From positions 98,770 to 162,769 of the forward strand of contig JAKBSJ010000003.1 of NCBI GenBank assembly GCA_021844945.1: a DNA stretch of 64,000 nucleotides. The letters are read 5' to 3'. Under the pieces are notes generated by a model, which saw nothing but the letters and a program-made list of their open reading frames with translations, was not told where the DNA came from and searched no databases. Source of the DNA: Thermoplasmata archaeon. GTDB lineage: Archaea; Thermoplasmatota; Thermoplasmata; Lutacidiplasmatales; UBA184. Positions 56,297 to 64,000 of the stretch are shown here, piece after piece (positions within the stretch are counted from its first letter, which is position 1; every line of letters starts with the position of its first letter). The position numbers and the translations under genes are program-made.

Positions 56297-59200
56297 GTGA
56301 AAGAGCCGCCGGAACGAGGTTGGGGAGCGCGGGCGTTCGCGGCGTTGGGCCGCGCGACCGTCCGCCATCCATGGCGGTTCATCGCCCTCTGGATCGTACT
56401 GCTCGTCGTCACGCTTCCGTTCCTCGGGCACCTCACTGCCGTCGAAACGAACTCGACGACCACGCTCCCCGCGAACGCGCCGAGCTCGGTCGCGCAGGCA
56501 GAGTTCGACCGGCTGTTCCCCGGTGATGTGAGCGCGGGGTCGTCCAGCTATCTCGTGTTCACCGGCCCGAACCTTACCGACGCGAACGCGCAACGCACGA
56601 TCCTCAACGTCACGAGAGCCCTCGCCGGTGACCCGTCGCTCACGGCCATCGCGTCGATCGACAGCGTGTACTCGAGGTACTCCGCGTACCTTGCGGGGCA
56701 GTTGATCCTCGGCGCGACGGGCCTGCAGCAGGCGATCGCGCAAGGAGTACCGACCGAGATCAACCAGACCGCGATGGTCGCTTGGGGGGTCCCGGCCTAC
56801 TTCCTGGGGACGTGGGAGGGTCTCATTGGGGAGAACGTCTCCCCGTCGGAAGCCAACGTCCAGGCCCACCGCGATGCCGAGGTCCACTTCGCGAACGAGA
56901 CCCTACCGCTCGCCGTCCTCGGCGCGTTCTACACCGGGGCCCCACCGACTCCGAACGCCGGGTTCAACGGCACGGCGGACTGCGCGCAGTATGCCTCGAA
57001 CGTTAGCCGGGTCGAGAGCTGCGCCAACGCGGTCGTCCGCGCGAACGTGCCCGCGGTCATCGATCCCACGCTTCCGACTCCTTCCGGTCGCGCCCTCGCG
57101 GCCGCCGTGTTCGACACCCTCGCCGTCAGTAACTTCACGAACGCGACGAGCCTCCGAACGACCCTTGCGGCGACCCTGAGCCCGATCCTCGGGCTCCCCG
57201 TCGCCTGGCTGCTATCGACCCTCGACGAGTTCCCTACCTCGGTCCCGTCCGAGGGAGAGGCCCTGATATCGGCCAACGCGACGGTCGCGGCGGCAACGCT
57301 CTGGACCGAGCCGCTGCCCGTCCCGAACTCCATCTTGAGCTCCTACGTCGCTCGGAGCGGGACCGCCCAGGTCGTCGATATCGGCTTCACCGTCCCCGAC
57401 AGCTTTACGAACCGCACGGGCGGGACGCCCGTCTACTCCGACATCGATGCGATGAACCGCCTCGTGCCGGGGATCGTCGCCCGGAGCGCCTATCCCGTGG
57501 ACTCGATCGCGTTCGCCCAGACGGGGGCCGGCCCGCTCGATCTCGCCGAGAATAGCGTGGTCAACGAATCGATCGCGCTCGTGCTACCGATCACGATCGC
57601 GGTCCTTCTGGTGGTCACCGCCCTCTACTTCCGGTCCCCTCTCACGCCGCTCATCGCGTTCGCGGGCCTCGCGATCGCGATCGTGCTTGCCCTCGGGGGA
57701 ACGGTCCTCTTGGGGACCCTCGTCACGCACGTCGATTCGACGAGCCTCACGCTCGAGGAGGTCTTCGTGCTCGGAGTAGGGACCGATTACTCGATCTTTC
57801 TCCTCTCGCGCTACCGGGAGGAGCGGGTCGCCGGTGCCGACTCGAAGGAGGCGATCGTGACGAGCGTGACGTGGGCCGGTCAGAGCGTCGCGACCAGCGG
57901 CACCACGGCGGTCATCGCGACGCTCGCGCTCACCTTCAGCGGAGTCGCCCTGCTCAGCCAGTGGGGCATGGTGCTCTCTTTTGCGATCCTGATGACGATT
58001 CTCCTTTCCCTGACGATGATCCCGGCGATGCTGGCGATCGTCGGTCCCCGAGTCTTCTGGCCGATGACCGGGCCTCGGTTTGGGCGATTCTCCGCCCGCC
58101 AACGAATGCGCAACGAATCCCGGTCGACCTACTTCTATCGGGCCGCGGCCTATACGCGACGCCGGCCCTACACGGTGATCGCCATCCTCCTCCTCGTCTC
58201 GGTGCCGCTCATCTACGTCGCGCTCAACGTCCCGCTCTCCTACGACTTCTATCAACAGCTGCCAACCTCCCAGTTCGCGGTCGCCGGTCTCGCGACGATG
58301 AACCAGCACTTCGGAGCCGGCTTCGCATTCCCCACGACCGCGCTGGTTACGTTCTCAAGCCCGCTCCTCGTCGGCAACCGCACGAACGCGAGCGAGTTCG
58401 CCGAGCTCGCAGAACTGACAAGCTTAGCCCAGGCGACGCACGGCGTCGCGCTGGTCCAGTCGCTGGTCGGATCCTACGGGGCCCCGCTCGCCACGTGGCA
58501 GAACCTGTCGAGCCAACCGACCGCGACTCAGGTCAATCTCGAGGCGCTCGCCTCGTCGCTCATCGGGAACGACCACCGGACGATCCTCCTCTCGTTCCAG
58601 ACGAACGCGAGCGGCCTTTCCGCGACGGCGCTGTCCGCCTTGCACGGCGTCGAGGCATCGTTCTCCCGATACGCGGCGGACCATTCCAGCGTTACGAAGC
58701 TCGCCTACCTCGGCGGCGCGCCGATCACGAACGACCTCGCTGCCCAGACGTCGATCGCGACGGAACGACTGTTCATCGCGGTCGCGATCGCCCTCTTGGT
58801 CGTCCTCCTGGTCGTGCTCCGGTCGGCGGTGCTGCCGGTCCTCGCCGTCGCCACGATCGGGGTCTCGATCGCCTGGGCGTGGGCTCTGACCTACCTCGTC
58901 CTCGGCCTCGGATTCGGGATTGGGATATTCTTCTACGTCCCGACGCTGATGTTCATGCTGATCCTCGGGTTAGGGACGGACTACAACATCTTTCTGCTCA
59001 CGCGCGTGCGCGAGGAGCGCATCAAGGGCCGCTCCTCGCGGGAGGCCGTGGCCGAAGCTCTCGCCCGGACGGGCGGGGTCATCACCGCCGCCGCCGTCAT
59101 CCTCGCCGGCGCCTTCGCGAGCCTGATGTTCGGCGACTTCTACCTCCTCGTCGCCATCGGCTTCTCGGTCGCGATCGCGGTACTGCTCGACGCGACGGTC

Positions 59201-59332
59201 GTGCGGACGTACTTCGTCCCGGCGGTCCTCCAGGCGCTCCACGACTACGCGTGGTGGCTCCCCGGGAATCGGGGGAACCTCGCCAAGAGCCCCCCGAGCG
59301 ACGGAGCCGACCCGCCGTCCGTTACGCCGTGA
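56297..59332 (+). CDS. MMPL/RND-superfamily membrane transporter
   Basis: Two repeats, each with a large extracytoplasmic domain followed by a 5-6 TM bundle with GTDYSIFLLSRYREE / GTDYNIFLLTRVREE motifs. 1011 aa. Confidence 0.85.
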   Translation: MKEPPERGWGARAFAALGRATVRHPWRFIALWIVLLVVTLPFLGHLTAVETNSTTTLPANAPSSVAQAEFDRLFPGDVSAGSSSYLVFTGPNLTDANAQRTILNVTRALAGDPSLTAIASIDSVYSRYSAYLAGQLILGATGLQQAIAQGVPTEINQTAMVAWGVPAYFLGTWEGLIGENVSPSEANVQAHRDAEVHFANETLPLAVLGAFYTGAPPTPNAGFNGTADCAQYASNVSRVESCANAVVRANVPAVIDPTLPTPSGRALAAAVFDTLAVSNFTNATSLRTTLAATLSPILGLPVAWLLSTLDEFPTSVPSEGEALISANATVAAATLWTEPLPVPNSILSSYVARSGTAQVVDIGFTVPDSFTNRTGGTPVYSDIDAMNRLVPGIVARSAYPVDSIAFAQTGAGPLDLAENSVVNESIALVLPITIAVLLVVTALYFRSPLTPLIAFAGLAIAIVLALGGTVLLGTLVTHVDSTSLTLEEVFVLGVGTDYSIFLLSRYREERVAGADSKEAIVTSVTWAGQSVATSGTTAVIATLALTFSGVALLSQWGMVLSFAILMTILLSLTMIPAMLAIVGPRVFWPMTGPRFGRFSARQRMRNESRSTYFYRAAAYTRRRPYTVIAILLLVSVPLIYVALNVPLSYDFYQQLPTSQFAVAGLATMNQHFGAGFAFPTTALVTFSSPLLVGNRTNASEFAELAELTSLAQATHGVALVQSLVGSYGAPLATWQNLSSQPTATQVNLEALASSLIGNDHRTILLSFQTNASGLSATALSALHGVEASFSRYAADHSSVTKLAYLGGAPITNDLAAQTSIATERLFIAVAIALLVVLLVVLRSAVLPVLAVATIGVSIAWAWALTYLVLGLGFGIGIFFYVPTLMFMLILGLGTDYNIFLLTRVREERIKGRSSREAVAEALARTGGVITAAAVILAGAFASLMFGDFYLLVAIGFSVAIAVLLDATVVRTYFVPAVLQALHDYAWWLPGNRGNLAKSPPSDGADPPSVTP

Positions 59333-59762
59333 GGAAACGGGCGCGCGCCCGCTCCACGTGCCGCTCAGCGCCGGAGGTATCGACGATCTCCTCGACCAAT
59401 CCGTTGGGCCCGATCAGGAAGGTCACTCGGCGAGCGACCCCGTGCGGGCCGAGCACGCCGTAAGTCCGGGAGACCTTCTTCTCCGCGTCCGCGACGAGAC
59501 GGAACGGCAGGCCATACTTCTGGCGGAACGCCTCTTGGGCCGGGCTGTCGTCGACGCTCACGCCGACGATCTCGACCCCCTTCTTCTGGAACTCGGCGTG
59601 GTGATCCCGGAAGCCCTTCGCCTCGATCGTGCAGCCCGGAGTGTCGGCCTTGGGATAGAAATATAGCACCGTAGGATGCCCGCGCGTCGAGGAAAGACGG
59701 AAGCTCGATCCGTCCTGTAGTTTCGCTTCGAAATCGGGTGCTGGTTCTCCGACTGCGACCAT
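59322..59762 (-). CDS. bcp: Peroxiredoxin, Bcp type (AhpC/TSA family)
   Basis: LYFYPKADTPGCTIEA active-site motif. Confidence 0.92.
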   Translation of the reverse strand: MVAVGEPAPDFEAKLQDGSSFRLSSTRGHPTVLYFYPKADTPGCTIEAKGFRDHHAEFQKKGVEIVGVSVDDSPAQEAFRQKYGLPFRLVADAEKKVSRTYGVLGPHGVARRVTFLIGPNGLVEEIVDTSGAERHVERARARFLTA

Positions 59763-59782
59763 GCGCCCCCTAGGCGGGCCGG

Positions 59783-59790
59783 TTATTTAT
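59783..59790 (-). promoter_or_regulatory. TATA-box-like element (minus strand ataaataa) about 25 nt upstream of the bcp ATG; leaderless-type
   Basis: A/T-rich octamer and spacing. Confidence 0.35.
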
Positions 59791-59814
59791 CGGGGGGCTA
59801 CCGGGACCAAGGGC

Positions 59815-60051
59815 CTACCCGCCCGTGACGGTCACGAGCGTCTCGGTCGCCCGGATGCCGGGGATCCGTCGGATCCGCTGCAGGACGATGTCGAGGGCCT
59901 CGTTGATGTGGTCCGCCTGAATCTTGAGAATCAGGTCGAAGGGCCCGGTGACGGCCTCGACCTCGACCACATGGGGGATCGAGCGGATGCGTTGCAGCAC
60001 CGCGTCGAGCTGGGCCAGATCGACCTCGGCGAGCAGGTAGAGGGTCTCCAT
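59815..60051 (-). CDS. Stand-alone Lrp/AsnC ligand-binding (RAM) domain protein
   Basis: 78 aa with a beta-alpha-beta-beta-alpha-beta pattern (IPHVVEVEAVTGPFDLILKI...IPGIRATETLV). No HTH domain. Confidence 0.75.
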   Translation of the reverse strand: METLYLLAEVDLAQLDAVLQRIRSIPHVVEVEAVTGPFDLILKIQADHINEALDIVLQRIRRIPGIRATETLVTVTGG

Positions 60052-60166
60052 CCCAACGCGTCCTTCCGGGGCGACCGACCCCCGAGGCCCATTTCAAGCT
60101 ACCCAACGAGGGGAACGAAGACGAGGCGTCCAAAAGGCATATCTCTCCACCCCGGGAGGACGGGGC

Positions 60167-61405
60167 GTGGGGCTCGCGTTCCGGGATACTCGGACCGGCC
60201 GCACGGTGGACCTAGGTTCTCGCCGTGCGCCGGTCACCATGTACGTCTGCGGTCCGACGGTCTATGCCCCGTCCCACGTTGGTCATGGCCGGACCTACCT
60301 CTACTTCGACCTCGTTCGCCGCTACTTTGCCGAGACCGGGGTACCGGTCCTTCACCTGATGAACATCACGGACGTCGAAGACAAGATCAACGTGCGGGCG
60401 CGGGAGCTCCGCACCTCTCCCGTCGCGCTCGCCCGCCGCGAGGAGCGTCGGTTCTTCCGCGACCTGGATGCCCTCGGAGTCCTTCGGCCGACGTACGCTC
60501 CCCGGGCGAGCGATTTCGTCGGCGAGATGGTCCGCTACGCCCGCCGCCTCGAGCGGACCGGCCGGGTCCATCGCTTGGGCGACTCATGGTTCTATCGCCC
60601 GCCGGCCTCGACCCTCCGTCGGAACTTCGCCATCGCTCAGGAGCTCGGACGCCACCAGGTCCGCGAGGCCCCCGACGCACCGATCCCCCCGCTGGACCTG
60701 CGCGAGTTCGTCGTGTGGCGCCGGCAGTCGCCTCCTCGCCCCTCGTGGATGAGCCCCTGGGGTCCGGGGGTCCCGGGCTGGCACCTCGAGTGCTACTCGA
60801 TGGCCGCTCGCCACCTACGAGTGCCGGTCGATCTGCAGGGCGGGGGTCAGGACCTCATATTTCCGCACCACTACGCCCAGAACGAGATCGCGTTCGCTCT
60901 GACGCACGAGCCGTTCGCACGCGGGTTCCTCCACACCGGATTCGTCCTCCGCAACGGTCACAAGATGTCGAAGTCGGTCGGGAACCTCGTTGACCTCGGC
61001 CCCTCGATCGAGCGCTGGGGGCCGGACGCGCTGCGTTGGTACCTGCTCGGGACCCCCCGGCAGCGGCCGATCAACTGGGACGACCGGCAGGTGCGTCGCG
61101 CGCGCGAGGAGTTCCGCCGGGTGCGCGACACGTTCTCCGCCTCGATGGAGGAGGGGGCCGGAGGCACCATCTCCGCTCGGCGCGTCGTGGCGCTAGCCGG
61201 CGGCGTCGAGCGCGCCATCGGGCACGAGCTCGGCGCCGAACGAGCCTTCCGGCAGATGAGGGAGTTCGCCGAAGCGATCGCTCGGACGGCGCGAGGGCGG
61301 ATCGTGTCCGGGGAACGCCCAGAGGCCGGGTGGGCCTACCGCCGTATCGAGGCCCTGACGGGCCTCGACCTGATCGGTCCCGAGCGGCAGCATCGCTCCC
61401 CCTGA
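60167..61405 (+). CDS. cysS: Cysteinyl-tRNA synthetase (short form)
   Basis: MYVCGPTVYAPSHVGHGRTY (HIGH region), GWHLEC and KMSKSVGN. Confidence 0.9.
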   Translation: MGLAFRDTRTGRTVDLGSRRAPVTMYVCGPTVYAPSHVGHGRTYLYFDLVRRYFAETGVPVLHLMNITDVEDKINVRARELRTSPVALARREERRFFRDLDALGVLRPTYAPRASDFVGEMVRYARRLERTGRVHRLGDSWFYRPPASTLRRNFAIAQELGRHQVREAPDAPIPPLDLREFVVWRRQSPPRPSWMSPWGPGVPGWHLECYSMAARHLRVPVDLQGGGQDLIFPHHYAQNEIAFALTHEPFARGFLHTGFVLRNGHKMSKSVGNLVDLGPSIERWGPDALRWYLLGTPRQRPINWDDRQVRRAREEFRRVRDTFSASMEEGAGGTISARRVVALAGGVERAIGHELGAERAFRQMREFAEAIARTARGRIVSGERPEAGWAYRRIEALTGLDLIGPERQHRSP

Positions 61406-61434
61406 CGCCTAGCCGCCCGCCGCGCCGCGGCGGG

Positions 61435-62634
61435 CTAGGACCGTTCGATGATCGTGCTGAGCCCGTTCCCGCCGCCCATGCAGAGCGTGGCGAGCCCGAG
61501 GCGTCCCTGAGCCCGGGCGAGCTCGTGGACGAGCGTGACGAGAATGCGGGCGCCACTCGCGCCGATAGGGTGGCCAAGAGCGACCGCTCCCCCGACCGCA
61601 TTGAAACGGTCGTCATGGAAACCGAACGCGCGTTGCACGGCCAGCGAAGCCGAAGCATAGGCTTCGTTGTGCTCGACGCGATCGAACTCGCCCGGTTCGA
61701 GCCCCGCCGCCGCGAGGTGCTTGCGGACCGTCGGGATCGGCGACTCCATCACGTTCGCCGGGTCCACGCCGCTCACGCAGGTCGAGCGAATCCATGCGAG
61801 CGGGTCGAGGCCACGTCGGCGGACCTCGGACGCCGAGGCGAGAACCAGGGCCGCTGCTCCGTCGGAGAGTTTCGAGGCGTTGCCGGCGGTGATCACCCCT
61901 CCGGGGAGGAACGCGGGGGGCAATCGCGCGAGGCCCTCAAGGCTTGTGTCCGCGCGCACGCACTCATCGGCCGACAGACCCTTCGAACGGGGAGCGAGCG
62001 CGCTCGGGACCTCGACGATCTCGCGGGCGAAGCGGCCGTCCATGGTCGCGGCCGCCGCGCGCTGGTTGCTGCGCATCGCGTAGCGGTCGATCTCCTCCCG
62101 GGTGAGATGGAAGCGCTCGGCGACCCTTTCACCGGTCATGCCCATCAACTCGTGCTCGGAGTAGGCGTCTCGCAAGGCGTCCTCCTGCATCGCGTCCACG
62201 AACGCTCGGTTGCCGAACTTGACGCCCGAGCGCACATCTCCCGTAACGAGATAGGGCGCCCGCGACATCGACTCCATCCCCCCAACCAGCACGAGATTCG
62301 CCTCGCCCGCACGGATCTCCGATAGGCCGATGTGCACGGCCTTCATCCCGGAGCCGCAGACCATGTTCACCGTCGTAGCACCGCTGCTGTCCGGTACCCC
62401 GGCTCCCCGCCCGACCTGTCGCGCCGGGTTCTGACCGGCGCCCGCTTGGATTCCGTGACCGAAAAGGACGTCCTCGATGTCGGCCGGGGCGAGGTGGGCG
62501 CGCTCGATCGCCGTCCGGGCCGCGAGCGCTCCGAGCGCGGTCGCCGGGACCTCACGAAGGGATCCGAGATACCTTCCAATCGGGGTCCGGACGGCGGAGA
62601 CGATCGCGACCCGGACCGGTTCGGACGCGGGCAT
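61435..62634 (-). CDS. Acetyl-CoA C-acetyltransferase (thiolase II, bacterial type)
   Basis: [12 protein letters not shown] (active Cys), NEAYAS and C-terminal LCMGGGNGL motifs. Confidence 0.92.
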   Translation of the reverse strand: MPASEPVRVAIVSAVRTPIGRYLGSLREVPATALGALAARTAIERAHLAPADIEDVLFGHGIQAGAGQNPARQVGRGAGVPDSSGATTVNMVCGSGMKAVHIGLSEIRAGEANLVLVGGMESMSRAPYLVTGDVRSGVKFGNRAFVDAMQEDALRDAYSEHELMGMTGERVAERFHLTREEIDRYAMRSNQRAAAATMDGRFAREIVEVPSALAPRSKGLSADECVRADTSLEGLARLPPAFLPGGVITAGNASKLSDGAAALVLASASEVRRRGLDPLAWIRSTCVSGVDPANVMESPIPTVRKHLAAAGLEPGEFDRVEHNEAYASASLAVQRAFGFHDDRFNAVGGAVALGHPIGASGARILVTLVHELARAQGRLGLATLCMGGGNGLSTIIERS

Positions 62635-62714
62635 CGCTACGGATCACCGGTCGCACGGCATAACGTCAGCGAGGCCCCCGCGGGAGAGGGGAGCCGAGTC
62701 CGCCTGCGATACCG

Positions 62715-63458
62715 CTAGTCCTCTTCCACGCGCGGAGCCAGGAGGAAACGTCCCGATCCTTTCCCGTTGGCCATCGAGAACTCGACCTTGAGCGGGTACT
62801 CGTTGCCGACGTGCAACGTGACCTCGTCCGCGGACGTGATCGATTTCATCATCGCCGAGAAGAAGTCGAGCGGGTACATGCTCTTCACCGGCTCCTTCGA
62901 CTCGAGGCGGGTCAGGCCGGGCCCGCCCTTAGAGAGGTGGAGGTCCACGCGGTCGGTCTCGCCCTCGGAATAGAGTCGGAAGACCTCGGGTTCGACCTGG
63001 ATCGTGACGTGATCGGAGATGCTCTCGCTGCCGCGGATCCCTTGCCGGATCTCGTCCATCGCCACGACGGCGACCGCGGGGGGGCTCACGTTCGGCACCT
63101 TGGGCTCCGGCATCCCGGCGGGGTCGATCACGGACATCGAGCGGGTGACCTTGCCGACCTTGACGATGAGCCGGCTCTTGCCGCCGTCGTATTGGAGGTC
63201 GATGTTCTCCCCGGGCTTGGCGAGGCGGAGGACATCCTTCAATTTCTCCACATCGACCCCGATATTGGTGGGTTCGCCAGTGAACTCCTCGAAGATCCCC
63301 CCCTCGAGCTTGAGGACGAGCATCGCCACGTGCGATGGGTCGACCGCACGGACCTCGACCCCGTCCTTCGAGATCGACAGCTTTACTTCGGAGACGAGGG
63401 TGGAGACGACCTCGACGAGCTCGCGGAGGGTCTCGGTCTTGATGCGAGCCTTGAACAT
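62715..63458 (-). CDS. pcn: DNA polymerase sliding clamp (PCNA)
   Basis: MFKARIKTETLRELVEVVSTLVSEVKL... two-domain PCNA pattern ending LAPRVEED. ATG 63458 is preferred over GTG 63482. Confidence 0.9.
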   Translation of the reverse strand: MFKARIKTETLRELVEVVSTLVSEVKLSISKDGVEVRAVDPSHVAMLVLKLEGGIFEEFTGEPTNIGVDVEKLKDVLRLAKPGENIDLQYDGGKSRLIVKVGKVTRSMSVIDPAGMPEPKVPNVSPPAVAVVAMDEIRQGIRGSESISDHVTIQVEPEVFRLYSEGETDRVDLHLSKGGPGLTRLESKEPVKSMYPLDFFSAMMKSITSADEVTLHVGNEYPLKVEFSMANGKGSGRFLLAPRVEED

Positions 63459-63554
63459 TCGCAGCGCCTCGGCGCGCGACACTCTCCCCCCTCAAAAAGC
63501 TGCGCATCGCTCCCGGGGGAGAGGCGCTTTGGCCCGGGAGGAGGTGGGGCGGTC

Positions 63555-64000
63555 GTGACGGAGCTGGCGTACCTCGCGTCGATGGACGGGGCGTACACTC
63601 GATCTTTCCGCGCGAGGATCGTGGCGCGGCCCCCCGGGGGGGTGGTTCTCGACCGAACGTTCTTCTATCCGACCGGTGGGGGGCAACCAAACGATCTCGG
63701 GACCCTACGGGCCTCCGGCGCCCCTGTCGCCGCGGACGTCGTCGATGTGGTAAAGCAGGGATCGACGGTCGTCCATCGGCTCTCCGGCGCCGCCCCCGCT
63801 CGCGCGGGCCTCGCTGTTGGCACCGAGGTGGAGGCGACCATCGACTGGGCCCGGCGGGAGCGACACATGCGCCTCCACACGTCCCAACACTACCTCAGCG
63901 CCCGGATCTTCGCGCGTTACGGCGCGCGCACGCGTCGCGCGTCGCTCCGGGGGCGCGAGGCGGCCATCGAGCTCGATCGCGCGTTGCCCACGCGCGCGAT
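63555..64000 (+). CDS. alaX: Alanyl-tRNA editing protein AlaX-like (3'-truncated at window edge)
   Basis: Open frame from GTG 63555, preceded by a GGAGGAGGTGG Shine-Dalgarno-like motif. Translation contains LDRTFFYPTGGGQPNDLG and the zinc motif HTSQH. It is absent from the ORF track because it runs off the window. Confidence 0.75.
   Translation, partial: MTELAYLASMDGAYTRSFRARIVARPPGGVVLDRTFFYPTGGGQPNDLGTLRASGAPVAADVVDVVKQGSTVVHRLSGAAPARAGLAVGTEVEATIDWARRERHMRLHTSQHYLSARIFARYGARTRRASLRGREAAIELDRALPTRA

Noticed and set aside
61408-61439. Imperfect GC-rich hairpin between the convergent cysS and thiolase genes, considered as a bidirectional terminator
   Set aside because: The pairings CCTAG/CTAGG plus CCCGCCG/CGGCGGG are real, but there is no flanking T-tract. 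Archaeal termination is normally oligo-T driven. The 3' arm contains the thiolase stop codon, so the structure may be incidental.
1-64000. CRISPR arrays, IS elements, rRNA genes, toxin-antitoxin or known defence gene signatures
   Set aside because: No regularly spaced direct repeats, transposase or integrase motifs, or rRNA-like stretches were seen on either strand. The window is dominated by core genes with tight operon packing.

Overview
GC-rich archaeal chromosome segment, almost entirely core metabolism and translation. No rRNA, CRISPR array, transposase or integrase was seen. Content in order: (1) tiaS (5'-truncated), hisS, a TPD-motif/CDIN1-like nuclease, and an overlapping rbkR / radical-SAM archaeosine enzyme / nadE operon. 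(2) Citrate synthase and a small poorly characterised patch: mini membrane protein, triple zinc-ribbon RGG protein, GNAT, alpha/beta hydrolase, PEBP. (3) A solitary dnaK. (4) A 15-gene plus-strand supraoperon (12609-27700) joining the archaeal DKFP-type shikimate pathway (aroA', aroB', fused aroD-aroE, GHMP shikimate kinase, aroA, aroC), asd-lysC and trpEGDCFBA. Thirteen consecutive junctions have overlapping stop/start codons. (5) An M20 amidohydrolase and a class-V aminotransferase. (6) An XRE regulator followed by HMG-CoA synthase, thiolase, DUF35 and a translationally coupled DUF835 protein, then a GT4 glycosyltransferase. (7) DUF99, a zinc-ribbon membrane protein, DUF2203 and threonine dehydratase. 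(8) The archaeal L3-to-L15 ribosomal protein cluster with rnp1, secY, a DUF106 insertase, cmk and cbf5. (9) An MMPL transporter, bcp, a stand-alone Lrp/AsnC RAM protein, cysS, a second thiolase, PCNA and a 3'-truncated alaX. The most unusual signal is that both tRNA genes in the window, tRNA-Ala(GGC) and tRNA-Arg(TCT), are perfect cloverleaves interrupted by 31-32 nt GC-rich inserts inside the T-loop (position 59/60) rather than the anticodon loop. Other points worth a second look are a roughly 280-bp GC-rich structured non-coding stretch ahead of the aro/trp supraoperon, low-complexity extensions on uL24 and uS5, an N-terminal extension on SecY, and two long convergent gene overlaps. Many very long Arg/Pro/Gly-rich ORFs in the track are alternative-frame or antisense artefacts of the high GC content.
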